Below, in pieces: positions 1 through 9,334 of a stretch of 32,073 nt of DNA; within the stretch, counting starts at the first letter, position 1; the number at the start of each line of letters is the position of its first letter. A program made the translations under genes and the position numbers. Location: the IMG/VR virus record IMGVR_UViG_3300027845_000108, positions 1 to 32,073 of that record, one strand, 5' to 3'. The DNA is from a virus. Its lineage: Duplodnaviria > Caudoviricetes. Under the pieces are notes generated by a model. That model saw nothing but the letters and a program-made list of their open reading frames with translations, ran no database searches and was not told the origin of the DNA.

Positions 1-395
1 TAGATCGCGTCTTTGTGAAGCGTTTCTTTGCCCTCGTTGAGATGGCGGACGAATGCCTTGATCCCCTCATCGAATTTGAACACCTCTTTCTTGTCGTTTC
101 TGTCATCTCTGAAGGCAATTCGCAGTCCTCCGTTGAGATAGGCCAGCTCCCGGATTCTCTTGAGCAGCGTGTCGTATGCGAATTCCGTATCGCCGAATAT
201 CTCTTCATCGGGCTTGAAGGATATTTTTGTCCCGCGTTTGTTGGCCGGGCCAATTTCCTGTACCGGTCCTTGCGCGACACCGCGGGCGCACTCGAAATGA
301 TAGTGTTTGCCGTCGCGATAGACGTCGGCTTCGAGCCATTCGCTCAGGGCGTTTACCACGCTGACACCGACGCCGTGCAGCCCACCGGCCACCTT
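1..395 (-). CDS. gyrB: Bacterial DNA gyrase subunit B (type IIA topoisomerase B, GHKL ATPase region), internal fragment; not in the ORF track
   Basis: My minus-strand translation from 395 down reads KVAGGLHGVGVSVVNALSEWLEADVYRDGKHYHFECARGVAQGPVQEIGPANKRGTKISFKPDEEIFGDTEFAYDTLLKRIRELAYLNGGLRIAFRDDRNDKKEVFKFDEGIKAFVRHLNEGKETLHKDAI. GGLHGVGVSVVNALS and RELAYLN are GyrB/ParE signatures. It has no start and is visibly more GC-rich than the phage DNA. Confidence 0.93.
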
Positions 396-1770
396 TGATG
401 TCAAGCTCTGACATTGGCAGCAGTGTGTCGTTTGAGTATGTGTCTTTGCCTTTGATAGAAGCAATGAAACCACCTTCTACCTTTTCAATCTCGTAGGATC
501 CTTTAGGCATGCCGAACAAATCAAGCTCACGTTCAAGGCGTTCAGCGTTCTTGAATGGCTTACCGTTCTTTGTACCCAACCTCATGCTGTATTCAATACC
601 GTCTTCCACAGGGTTAATCACTGTGTCGTGAAGGCGCACACCAAAGGTTTGAATAGCAACGGCCTTGCGAGACACCTCAGTGAGTGCCTGTTGGCTTGCT
701 TCGTCCAGCAAAGGGTAAGTGTAAGGTGCGCTGCTTGGAGGCACTGGTGATGTCTTAGGTAGGATCAAAGAACCTGTAACATCTTCAGCACGAGTACCGA
801 TCTCAAACATCCTGTCGATGTCATCCATGCTGTCGAACAGTCGGCGTTGTCCTTCTTCTGTCAACGAAGCAATTTGAGCAGGGGAGCCTTGTACCATCTC
901 GATACCAAGGTTGTCAATTACCTTTTTCCCTACCCCTTTTGCTACAGTTCGTGCTGTACCGCCCAACCCTACGTACTCAAGAATACCAAACACATCGTCA
1001 ACAAAGTTACGAATTGTGTTGACATCTCCTTTGGCCCTTGTCTTTACTCGAAGATCCAAGTCATCCAGCATAGACTCAAGGGCGTAAGCATTGTCTGTAA
1101 GATCGCCAGCACGAGAACGGAACTCACCAATCAAAGCACGAGTTAACCGTTCTGCTTCTTCTGGTGACTCTGCGTTTACAATCTGTTGGGCAGCGTAATC
1201 AATCACTTGGCCCATGTTGGCGTAGTCAGTGATGTCTCCGGCTTCAGGGAACACAGCACGTACAGAGTTTACTACGGTTGTGCCGTAAGCTGGTGAGAAC
1301 AAGAACTCGGCTGCTTGTCCTACGTTTGCCAATAACCCTTGGTTTTCTTGACTGGACACTACAGCATTACGAGCAAGGTTCATGTGCATTTCGTACCTTG
1401 AAAGGTTGGTGTCTTTTTCCAACTCTTTCTTGATTACCTCTTTACCAACTGCTTGTTCTTCAGCGTTAGCCAGTTGGTTGTACATACCAGATACGCTGTC
1501 TTCGTACTCGCCTTTGCCAAGACGCTCACCCATAGACCGGGCTGTGTCAACATCAAGAGAAAAAGATTGAAGCATACGCTCTGCCTCTTTCTCAATGTAC
1601 ACATCACCAGCATTTACAGCTTTCTGTTTGGCAAGCTCTGGATCGGTACCTCTATCACTAATGATTGCACCAACTTCTTTCAGATAGTCTTTGGCGTTGG
1701 CAGCATTAGCTTGGCCTAGAAATAAAGCCTCAATAGCTGGATCTACTTGTCCTTGATCGAACGGATTCAT
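396..1770 (-). CDS. Large internal virion (ejection) protein, truncated at the gyrB junction
   Basis: Ala/Glu-rich helical ORF directly after the small internal virion gene, in the T7 gp15/16 position. The ORF-track tail after ...ELDIKGG is out-of-frame gyrB sequence. Confidence 0.6.
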
Positions 1771-2226
1771 TTATTTCCTTGATGTATCAAATCCACGGGC
1801 GTAAGGGAAGGCTTGTGAAGCAAGGCCAGCAACAGCACCGTAACCTCTTGCTCTTGATTCAAACCCTACTTGACGATTCAACGAGTCAATGTTCTGTTGT
1901 GCAAGCTGATCCATCTGACCAGCAAACGCTTGGTTAGCATTCATCTGTGATGTGTACGAAGCTGTTGCACCAGAGAACCCAGAAGCCATTGCCCCGGAAG
2001 ATTCACTCACAATACCAGAGTTTACCCCGGCTGCAAGTGCAGATGCTTGAGCTACACGAGATTGACGCAACGCCATAACACGTTCACGTTGAGAACGGAT
2101 TGTCTCTCTTCGCTGTGCAATTTGATTCTGCCGTTGCACTTCGGAAGCTGCTTTCTTTTCTTCTCTACGCTGTTTAACAGTAGAGGCAACAAGGACAGCA
2201 CCTACAATAGCGGTTGCTATACCCAT
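1771..2226 (-). CDS. Small internal virion protein (T7 gp14-like position)
   Basis: Hydrophobic Gly/Ala N-terminus, Ala/Gln/Ser-rich body, located after the nozzle and GNAT genes. Confidence 0.6.
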   Translation of the reverse strand: MGIATAIVGAVLVASTVKQRREEKKAASEVQRQNQIAQRRETIRSQRERVMALRQSRVAQASALAAGVNSGIVSESSGAMASGFSGATASYTSQMNANQAFAGQMDQLAQQNIDSLNRQVGFESRARGYGAVAGLASQAFPYARGFDTSRK

Positions 2227-2228
2227 AG

Positions 2229-2696
2229 TTATTTCCCCTTTTTCATAAATACGTGTTCGTACAAAACGAACCCTTGTTTTTCCATTGAAGACATAGCACT
2301 TGGGTTTGGTTTGATTGAGAACATAAACATATCTACTTGACCTTCAAACTCTTTCTCTACAGTTGACATCATTCTGCCAGCCAACCCTTTTCCTCTGTGA
2401 TCTGGGTCTACGTACATCAACATTTCTTGAACCATTACGTAACCAAGCATAGGGTGTTTGGTTTTAAAGACAACAATGTATCCACAAGGCCAGCCTTCAG
2501 GTGTTGCACAAACATAAGAGTGCATAATTCCTTGTTGAGTAAGTGTCAACAACTGTTCCCAATCAGCGTTCTTCCCAGATAGGTCAACTCCTGTAAAGTA
2601 TTTCTCCACCTCATCGTGTTGTTTCTTACCAAGGTACAGGAACACATCTCGATTCTTAACCAGATCAACTTTGTGAATTACGTAGTCATTGCTCAT
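2229..2696 (-). CDS. GNAT-family acetyltransferase in the virion module
   Basis: Acetyl-CoA-binding motif A: MYVDPDHRGKGLAGRMM, plus C-terminal MEKQGF. Confidence 0.8.
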   Translation of the reverse strand: MSNDYVIHKVDLVKNRDVFLYLGKKQHDEVEKYFTGVDLSGKNADWEQLLTLTQQGIMHSYVCATPEGWPCGYIVVFKTKHPMLGYVMVQEMLMYVDPDHRGKGLAGRMMSTVEKEFEGQVDMFMFSIKPNPSAMSSMEKQGFVLYEHVFMKKGK

Positions 2697-2701
2697 GTGT
2701 G

Positions 2702-4969
2702 TTACAATCCGTTGGCTGTGTAAGGGATGCTATACCCAATAAGAACAAAGTCTTTTCCTTCTTGTGACTCATACCGAATTGCAAGGCTTCGTCCTTTTCC
2801 TCGTACCTTCAGTTTAGTATACACGATTCCTTCCCCGTTGTCAAGAGACCCGGCAGCAACAGTAGGGTCTTTACGGAACCTATACGCTTGTTGAGCTTGA
2901 CTGAATCTGTTTCCTAACGAATTTTTGTGCCAATCCCAAAGACCTTGTGCAGTGCAGCCAGACGGCCTGTCAAGGAACAACGAACCTGCTCCGTTGCTCA
3001 AGTAGCTCATCTCCGTAACAAGAAACAAAGAGTGGAGATATACCGATTGCTTATATCGTTGCAAGTCACCCAAAGTTTCAGGAATGGTAACAAGATAGCT
3101 TGTGTAGTTGATAGCTTGTCCTTGCGGATTCGTGACATTACCAAAGTCCTTGAAAGAGAGAGAAGCAAACTCACACAGAACAACATCTGTTTCAGTCAGC
3201 ACCAAGACCTTAATGTTGTTGGCAATAAAGTCAGGCAGTTCTGCACTTGACAAGCTAGTGATCACTGGATCTGCTCCTATCAAAACAGGGTCTTCATCAA
3301 TAACTACTTCATCTGTTCCAACAGGTACAGTGGGTGCAAGTGATGCAAACCCTGCTACAATTCCAAACGTATTTGACTTAAAGAAGCTGTACTTGGTAAA
3401 CGCACCAGTACGTGCATCAAGGATCAAGCAAGCGTTGTACAAGTTTGTTTCATCTTCAGTTGCGTGAAACCAAAACATCTTCTTACTAATTGGATCGTAA
3501 GTACCTTTGGCTTTCTCACGATACTGCAAAGGAATCTCTGCATAGTATTGAAGAATCTTTTGTTCAGCAATGTCTTCAATCTTTGGTACAAACTCACCAC
3601 CTGTCACTACGTGTACAGAGTTCTCAGCAAAGAAAGCAATGGCTGTGTCTGCTTGAATTACTGAAGATGCAGAGATGCACCCTGTGCTTGACAGCTTATC
3701 CACACCGTAGTCAGTAGCCCGGAATCCAGAGTCAGATCCACGGATGTACCACACACCGTTCTTTGCCATCACCAACATACCTTGTTGGAATGGAATCAAT
3801 CGCTCAATAGAATCTGCTTCTGGAATGTAAACTACACCACCGTCTGTGTCCAATAGATCTGTAAAGTGTTCAGAGGTTGGGTCGTTCTCTTGACCAAATA
3901 CACCAGAGTCAGATGGTGTTTGAATCACCTTGGAGAAGTATACACCGTTTGGACGTTTCGGATTTACATCCCCAGCGTACCACACCCGGCCTGAAAAGAA
4001 AGCTGTTGTCCTGTACGACTTAGAGCTTGGTTCATCATAAATAGAACTAAGAACTAAAGGAGATGTAAGTGTGGATCCCGTAAGACCATCAAACGTAGCA
4101 ATGCCGTTTCTTACCCCAGTAAGCGGGTTTAGTTTAAACCGTCCTTTAGGTGCAGGAGAGTTACCGAACTCTTGTCTACGAAGAAGTGCTGCATCAAAAT
4201 TGTCATCAGAGTTTTTGCCTAACACCCACTGCTGTGCGTTAGTCGGCCAAGTACCAATAGCTGCTCTGTACGCTTGAATTAAGTTCCGTTGTGCTGTATT
4301 TTCATCTTGCCTCCACCCTTGGTTTAAAAGGTTGTACAAGTGAAGGTTCGTCAAAGGATCAGGTTGTTCTTCATCAAATTGAAGCCCATCATCTACCCCG
4401 GTAAAGTCACGGATAAAAAATCGTTGTGTAGTTCCGTTCTTCTCTGTACCTACTTCATACAGAATAAAGTTGTCTGAGTCTACATCGTACTCAATGTAGA
4501 TTGGTTTAAGAGCAGGAGAGGCCAACCACAAACGACCAAACCCAGATGCCGATTGAATCTCTTGTGCTGCCCCTTCAGACTCAGTGGCATTGTAAAGATA
4601 AGGGATGGTTGACAAGGTAACAGAGTCACCGTTGTCTTTTGATCCAGAAGTTGATACAGGTTCTACATCTCTCTTACGAATTACAAGAGAATTACCTACT
4701 TGAATTACAACATATCTACGAAGAGAATCCCCGGCTGCATTGTCCCAGATGTGAGTAGAGACAGCTACAGACGAGCTTGCTGAAGAGGTGATAGACACAC
4801 CACCTCTTTCTATATCAAGCCCGTATCTGCGCTTTATAGAGCCTTTGAGTTCAATGTCGCAGTTGTCAACATCTTGAAGCGCGTTCTCAGGAAAAGTAAT
4901 CCCTGTGGCTTCAGTAATGAATCCATTGACAAAGTTTACATACGGCTTGTCTTGTGCAATACGGGCCAT
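2702..4969 (-). CDS. Tail tubular protein B / nozzle
   Basis: 755 aa, beta-rich; N-terminal NFVNGFITEAT...NCDIELKGSIKRRYG, AFFSGRVWYAG, C-terminal KVRGKGRSL; lies after tail tubular protein A. Confidence 0.8.
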   Translation of the reverse strand: MARIAQDKPYVNFVNGFITEATGITFPENALQDVDNCDIELKGSIKRRYGLDIERGGVSITSSASSSVAVSTHIWDNAAGDSLRRYVVIQVGNSLVIRKRDVEPVSTSGSKDNGDSVTLSTIPYLYNATESEGAAQEIQSASGFGRLWLASPALKPIYIEYDVDSDNFILYEVGTEKNGTTQRFFIRDFTGVDDGLQFDEEQPDPLTNLHLYNLLNQGWRQDENTAQRNLIQAYRAAIGTWPTNAQQWVLGKNSDDNFDAALLRRQEFGNSPAPKGRFKLNPLTGVRNGIATFDGLTGSTLTSPLVLSSIYDEPSSKSYRTTAFFSGRVWYAGDVNPKRPNGVYFSKVIQTPSDSGVFGQENDPTSEHFTDLLDTDGGVVYIPEADSIERLIPFQQGMLVMAKNGVWYIRGSDSGFRATDYGVDKLSSTGCISASSVIQADTAIAFFAENSVHVVTGGEFVPKIEDIAEQKILQYYAEIPLQYREKAKGTYDPISKKMFWFHATEDETNLYNACLILDARTGAFTKYSFFKSNTFGIVAGFASLAPTVPVGTDEVVIDEDPVLIGADPVITSLSSAELPDFIANNIKVLVLTETDVVLCEFASLSFKDFGNVTNPQGQAINYTSYLVTIPETLGDLQRYKQSVYLHSLFLVTEMSYLSNGAGSLFLDRPSGCTAQGLWDWHKNSLGNRFSQAQQAYRFRKDPTVAAGSLDNGEGIVYTKLKVRGKGRSLAIRYESQEGKDFVLIGYSIPYTANGL

Positions 4970-4978
4970 GTTTGGTTC

Positions 4979-5260
4979 TTAGTCCACAATGTTCTTTCGT
5001 TGTTTGTACTGGGTCAAGGCCCACTGTGCATTCTCGTAAGAGGTGAAGATTCCACTTAGATCTTGAGCAAGCTCCCCACCCTCTTTGATCTTGATGGTAA
5101 AGAACCTACCACACCGGGTACGTTCAACCACAAGAGTCCTTCCGTTCTTTGTTTCACCGACTTCAACTTTGTTTGGTGAGGCCAGATCCACTGCATCTGG
5201 GTTACGAGGTTCTTGTTTAACTGTTGCTCGGTTACTTCCTACCGTACTTCTTCGGGGCAT
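4979..5260 (-). CDS. Hypothetical protein between tail tubular A and B (start uncertain)
   Basis: Fills the gap between two tail genes in the same orientation; ATG at 5260 overlaps the upstream gene end. Confidence 0.6.
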   Translation of the reverse strand: MPRRSTVGSNRATVKQEPRNPDAVDLASPNKVEVGETKNGRTLVVERTRCGRFFTIKIKEGGELAQDLSGIFTSYENAQWALTQYKQRKNIVD

Positions 5261-5972
5261 AATCTCGGTTCCTTGTTTTACTTTCTTCACGTCTTAGTTG
5301 TGCTAGTTGACGGACGATACGCTGTTCATCAACAGGTGAAGATGTTTGTTTAAAGTACAGCATTGCTGCTGCATTGAGGGTGTGCTGAAGCATCGGTACA
5401 ACTGCAACCGGGACATCAGGCACATGGTCATCATCCACTGTGAAAGAGGGGATAACTACACCATACACTGAAAACTTGTCGCTGTCAACATAAGTTTCAA
5501 CAGATGCTTTGTACGCATCCACTACAATGTTCTCATCGTCAAAGCTAGTCCAGTATTCAGGCTGTCGAGAAGTATCAATGTAGAACTTAAAACTGCCTAC
5601 AGTTACAGCAACTTTGTCATCTCCACCACGGCTGAACTTCTTTACGAAGTCAACAGGCGACAGATAGTGCAACTCACGGTACTCAAATAAGCCAGTGGAC
5701 GACACATCGTAAGCCACGTACATAATCTTTTTGATGTTGTCATCAATCCCTACTTGGGTAGGACGAGTAGGGCCAGTGATTGTACCGTCAAGAGTTACAG
5801 GTTGTTGTAACCAAGTCCACTCTTCTCGGTTAATAAACTCAAAGAAACACTCTTGCAACAGATTGGCTACCTGTTGAGATTCAACTGTGTCAGTAATACT
5901 GTCAACTTCATCACTGTCCATAACTGACAGACAGTTTTTTACATACTCAAGAACAGTTTTTTTAGTAGCCAT
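5232..5972 (-). CDS. Tail tubular protein A / head-tail adaptor
   Basis: 246 aa starting KTVLEYVKNCLSVMDSDEVDSITDTVESQQVA (gp11-like N-terminus) and ending YGRK; synteny. Confidence 0.75.
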   Translation of the reverse strand: MATKKTVLEYVKNCLSVMDSDEVDSITDTVESQQVANLLQECFFEFINREEWTWLQQPVTLDGTITGPTRPTQVGIDDNIKKIMYVAYDVSSTGLFEYRELHYLSPVDFVKKFSRGGDDKVAVTVGSFKFYIDTSRQPEYWTSFDDENIVVDAYKASVETYVDSDKFSVYGVVIPSFTVDDDHVPDVPVAVVPMLQHTLNAAAMLYFKQTSSPVDEQRIVRQLAQLRREESKTRNRDYAPKKYGRK

Positions 5973-6691
5973 TACACAACCACTCCATTAGCACCAGAGC
6001 CAATTCTAAAAATATCAATACGTCTTGCTGCGATAGTAGCCGTACCAGTGTTTGTATTTAAAAATATCTGAACACCGTTAGCAAAAGCAGTGTCATAGGT
6101 GTAAATAGATTGGGTTCTTGCAAAACTAAACGGAGGTGTTTTTGTTACGTTAACGTCATCGTTAATGATTGGAACAGTAATTGTTGTTGGGTTGTTCCCT
6201 ATATCATAGGTTTTTGTAAGAAAAGCAGGTGCCCCAGAAGTTGCTGTAATGGTCAAGCTAATACGAACAATATAGCTGTCCCCTGCTGCACAAGGTTTAA
6301 TTTTGTTTGTAGATGTATCCCACAAAACATCTGATCCACGGATGCATAGTGGTAGGTGGGATTGTCGTGATTGAGAACCAAGTCCGTCAATAGTTAATCG
6401 TACAGGGGTTGTCCCAACAACAATAGTAGGTGTACTAAGGCTATCTTGAGATGCTTCCCAACCTTGGTAGTTAATTTGATCGTTAGCAATTAGAGCAGCA
6501 AGGGTATCTGCATACGTACTGTAGTTGGCTGTATCTGATAAATCAGCGTGAACCAATCTACGTAAATCAGATTGACCGGCCAACGTAGAAGAAGGGGTAA
6601 TTACTTTACCACTGTCAGATGTCAACGCATCGGTAATGTGCTTCGGCTCGTGACAGTCAGCGTTAAGGATAGCGTTGTGTTGTGTAGGCAT
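5972..6691 (-). CDS. Virion structural protein (fibre/appendage-like)
   Basis: Thr/Ser-rich, beta-strand-like C-terminal domain; between capsid decoration and adaptor genes. Confidence 0.5.
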   Translation of the reverse strand: MPTQHNAILNADCHEPKHITDALTSDSGKVITPSSTLAGQSDLRRLVHADLSDTANYSTYADTLAALIANDQINYQGWEASQDSLSTPTIVVGTTPVRLTIDGLGSQSRQSHLPLCIRGSDVLWDTSTNKIKPCAAGDSYIVRISLTITATSGAPAFLTKTYDIGNNPTTITVPIINDDVNVTKTPPFSFARTQSIYTYDTAFANGVQIFLNTNTGTATIAARRIDIFRIGSGANGVVV

Positions 6692-6708
6692 AGTGGTTTG
6701 TTAGATCC

Positions 6709-6748
6709 AAAAATAAAAAAGGGACAGGGATAGAATCCCCATCCCCCC
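6709..6748 (-). terminator. Rho-independent terminator after the capsid/decoration genes
   Basis: Minus strand reads GGGATGGGGAT-TCT-ATCCCTGTCCC followed by TTTTTTATTTTT. Confidence 0.8.
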
Positions 6749-6769
6749 ATTCAGCCAAGGATAACTGAA

Positions 6770-7240
6770 TTAAGCAGTGGTGTATTCGATCACTAGACGA
6801 CCTGCACCTGCAACCAAATCAGCTACGCTAGGAACGATAGTGACTTGAAGAGGATCTGTCAGTGAAGGAATGGTGCCGATGTCAGCACCGTTGCACAGAA
6901 CAACTGTACCGGCAGCAGCATCCCAAGCTACGGCAGCATCAATACCGTCAGCATCTACTACAGTACCATCCAACTCGGACAGGCCGATGTTGATAGTGGT
7001 AGTGCCTGATGTAGAATCAAATGCTTCGTCTACGATCAAGGTTGCTGACTTAATCAACGCACCAGCAGGAATAGCTTGGATCACTGCGTCTGTTGCGTCA
7101 GTGGTTGGTAGGTTGTTGTAAGTTACAGGAACAACCAACTCTTGTGTCTTACCACCTTTGTTGGTCTTAGAAGGGGCCACTTGCTCAGTATCACGAGGGC
7201 CATAGAACACACGAACTGTGTTTACTTTTTGAACTGTCAT
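6770..7240 (-). CDS. Capsid decoration / auxiliary head protein
   Basis: 156 aa, Ala/Thr/Val/Asp-rich, IPAGALIKSA...GRLVIEY pattern, directly after the major capsid gene and before a terminator. Confidence 0.6.
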   Translation of the reverse strand: MTVQKVNTVRVFYGPRDTEQVAPSKTNKGGKTQELVVPVTYNNLPTTDATDAVIQAIPAGALIKSATLIVDEAFDSTSGTTTINIGLSELDGTVVDADGIDAAVAWDAAAGTVVLCNGADIGTIPSLTDPLQVTIVPSVADLVAGAGRLVIEYTTA

Positions 7241-7273
7241 GTTAAATCTCCAAAATTGGTGAAGGTTGGTGAA

Positions 7274-7287
7274 GGGGCCGAAGCCCC
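7274..7287 (-). promoter_or_regulatory. GC hairpin (GGGGC-TTCG-GCCCC) just after the capsid stop, no U-tract
   Basis: Perfect stem with a UUCG tetraloop on the minus strand; probably an mRNA stabiliser or weak attenuator. Confidence 0.55.
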
Positions 7288-7295
7288 ATCAGTGC

Positions 7296-8267
7296 TTACT
7301 TGTATGCAGAAGCAGAAGTCAACACAGTCACCAGTGTTTGAGGACGCTGAAGACCAAAGCCCCAACGAGCAGTTGTTACATACTCGTCACGCTGGAAGTC
7401 TTTGTTGTACTCACCATCGGTGTTAGGAGCCTGTCGCCATGCACCCATGAATGGCTTGTGCTGGTCGTCCAACACAGACATAAACAGGTTAGCTACGCCA
7501 CCAACAATCTGCTTGGAAGTAGCGTGAGGGCCACCGTTGATGGTTTCGTCAGCAATACGTGGCAGACGGTCAGACACATAGATGTCAAAGCCGTAGATGT
7601 TACGTACAAAGCGGCGACCACGAGCAAAGCCGGTGTTCACGATACCTTCAAACTGAGGGTTGTTGATGAACGCTTGGTTGCCAACAGCTACGTTCAAAGC
7701 AGCTTCAGTTACAGGATCCACGATGGCGATACGACCTTCATCTGGTACGTAGGCTTTATCCAAAGCCAGCTTTGCGTACAAGAAGTCTTCCAAGGTGATG
7801 ATACCAGTGGTAGAGCCAGAGGCAGCTACCCAACGGTGTGCGAAACCGTTGATGGTGTTGGGATCAGCCAAGGTCTGCTTGTTGGCTTGGGCCAGCATAT
7901 CAGACTCGTAACGCTCACGAATGATACGTAGGTGTTCACGAGGGATAGCAGCTTCAAGAGCAGCAGCTTTGTAGCCATCTTGTTGCAGCTTACGTGTGAT
8001 GTAAGAAGCAGCAGATACATACTCGGTGATTGTCAGTTGGATCTGACCAGTGTCAACAGCATCGTACTGAACGGCTGTGTCTTCTGTGTAATCACGCAGA
8101 GTGGTTTCACCCATTACAGGGATGTACAGAGTGTCACCGTCACCGAAGTCAGACACATCACGGTGCAGACCATCGGGCAGGAAACCCTCGTTGATTTGTT
8201 CCAGCATGAACTCGCTGAACACTTGTGCCTTGATTAGAGGACTTTGATTGCTAGTTACGTTCGACAT
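7296..8267 (-). CDS. Major capsid protein
   Basis: 323 aa after the scaffold; GDGDTLYIPVMG, LDKAYVPDEGRIAIVDP, YGFDIYVSDRLP and TARWGFGLQRP fit HK97-fold podovirus capsid patterns. Confidence 0.88.
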   Translation of the reverse strand: MSNVTSNQSPLIKAQVFSEFMLEQINEGFLPDGLHRDVSDFGDGDTLYIPVMGETTLRDYTEDTAVQYDAVDTGQIQLTITEYVSAASYITRKLQQDGYKAAALEAAIPREHLRIIRERYESDMLAQANKQTLADPNTINGFAHRWVAASGSTTGIITLEDFLYAKLALDKAYVPDEGRIAIVDPVTEAALNVAVGNQAFINNPQFEGIVNTGFARGRRFVRNIYGFDIYVSDRLPRIADETINGGPHATSKQIVGGVANLFMSVLDDQHKPFMGAWRQAPNTDGEYNKDFQRDEYVTTARWGFGLQRPQTLVTVLTSASAYK

Positions 8268-8302
8268 TTATCGACTCCACTTAGGTTTGTTGAATTTAGG
8301 TT

Positions 8303-9052
8303 TTACTTACCAGATAGTTCATTGAGACGTTTCAAGTAAACACTTACACTGTCACGGGTTGTTCGAGTAGCACTGTACCCGGAACTCTTTGATTCAGTGT
8401 TTTTTGGTTGACCAAAAATATCTCGTTGAGAGTTACCTTGCAACAAGGCTGAACCTTTTGGAGCCGAGCCGTTAAGCTCAGGAAACAACTTCAAGAACAT
8501 CTTGGGCTTAGTCTTAGCAAGCTGGGCTGCTTCCTCTACGCTCATGTCGTTCTCTTTTGCTACTTGCTGTACCTTGGCATTGGTCTTGTCACCAAAGGTT
8601 GCAGTCAACTTAGCAGTCACTTCACTCCAGTTCTGTTCCTGTTGTTTAGCAGTCTGTTGGTTTTGAAGCTGTGCCAAGACTTGCTTGGTAATGGCCTCTG
8701 GATCAACAGTTTGGGTTGGAGCAGGTGTGTCCTTATCCTTCCCGCTATTGACCTGATTAAGCAACTCACGTGCTGAAACTTGTTCTGCCAGTTTCTTGTT
8801 GACCTCTTCCAACAACGCACGATCTTGCGCACGTTCTTGTTTCAAAGTCTCAATGAAACTGTCTGCACTTGAGAGCTTGGTAATCAAGTCCTCTTTTGTG
8901 AACTTCCGTCCGTTAAACTCCAACACAACAGATGGGTCGTCTTGTTTGTTGTTGTTCTCTTCTGGCTTCACTTGATTGCCGTTGCTGAAATCGGTCTTAT
9001 CTTCAGGCTTGGCATTGCTTGGGGTGGTCGCCCCGTTTGTAAAATCTGTCAT
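8303..9052 (-). CDS. Capsid scaffolding protein
   Basis: Charged, coiled-coil-like 249 aa between the portal region and the major capsid gene. Confidence 0.75.
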   Translation of the reverse strand: MTDFTNGATTPSNAKPEDKTDFSNGNQVKPEENNNKQDDPSVVLEFNGRKFTKEDLITKLSSADSFIETLKQERAQDRALLEEVNKKLAEQVSARELLNQVNSGKDKDTPAPTQTVDPEAITKQVLAQLQNQQTAKQQEQNWSEVTAKLTATFGDKTNAKVQQVAKENDMSVEEAAQLAKTKPKMFLKLFPELNGSAPKGSALLQGNSQRDIFGQPKNTESKSSGYSATRTTRDSVSVYLKRLNELSGK

Positions 9053-9060
9053 TGTTTAAT

Positions 9061-9318
9061 TCATCCTTGGTTGTTGAGAAGGCTTAAAGCGTACCTTAGT
9101 CCTTTTCTGTACCCAAGCAGGTTCGCTTGAGCAGCTACAAAGTCAGAGCATTTAATGTTTTCCTCCGACTCACTTTTAAGTATAGCAGATTCTAGTTCAT
9201 CTGTCAATACCTTTTTTAAAATATTTGTGAAAGTTTGTGCAGATTCAAAAGACAACTTTAAATCTACATTGTTTTCCTTGGCTTGCCTTACGATACGACT
9301 GTTGTATTTTTCCGACAT
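9061..9318 (-). CDS. Small hypothetical protein after the portal
   Basis: 85 aa with RBS (AAGGA), packed between portal and scaffold. Confidence 0.65.
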   Translation of the reverse strand: MSEKYNSRIVRQAKENNVDLKLSFESAQTFTNILKKVLTDELESAILKSESEENIKCSDFVAAQANLLGYRKGLRYALSLLNNQG

Positions 9319-9334
9319 CTTTGATTCCTTGTTG

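Noticed and set aside
205-395. Arg-rich C-terminus of the 521-aa ORF
   Set aside because: Out-of-frame read-through into gyrB DNA, not a real domain.
15-398. 127-aa plus-strand ORF
   Set aside because: Antisense shadow of the gyrB fragment.
385-400. Prophage attachment site in gyrB
   Set aside because: No integrase in the window, and the junction breaks a virion gene; a chimera is more parsimonious.
7266-7931. 221-aa plus-strand ORF and other antisense ORFs over structural and replication genes
   Set aside because: They fully overlap well-supported genes on the other strand and show no motifs.
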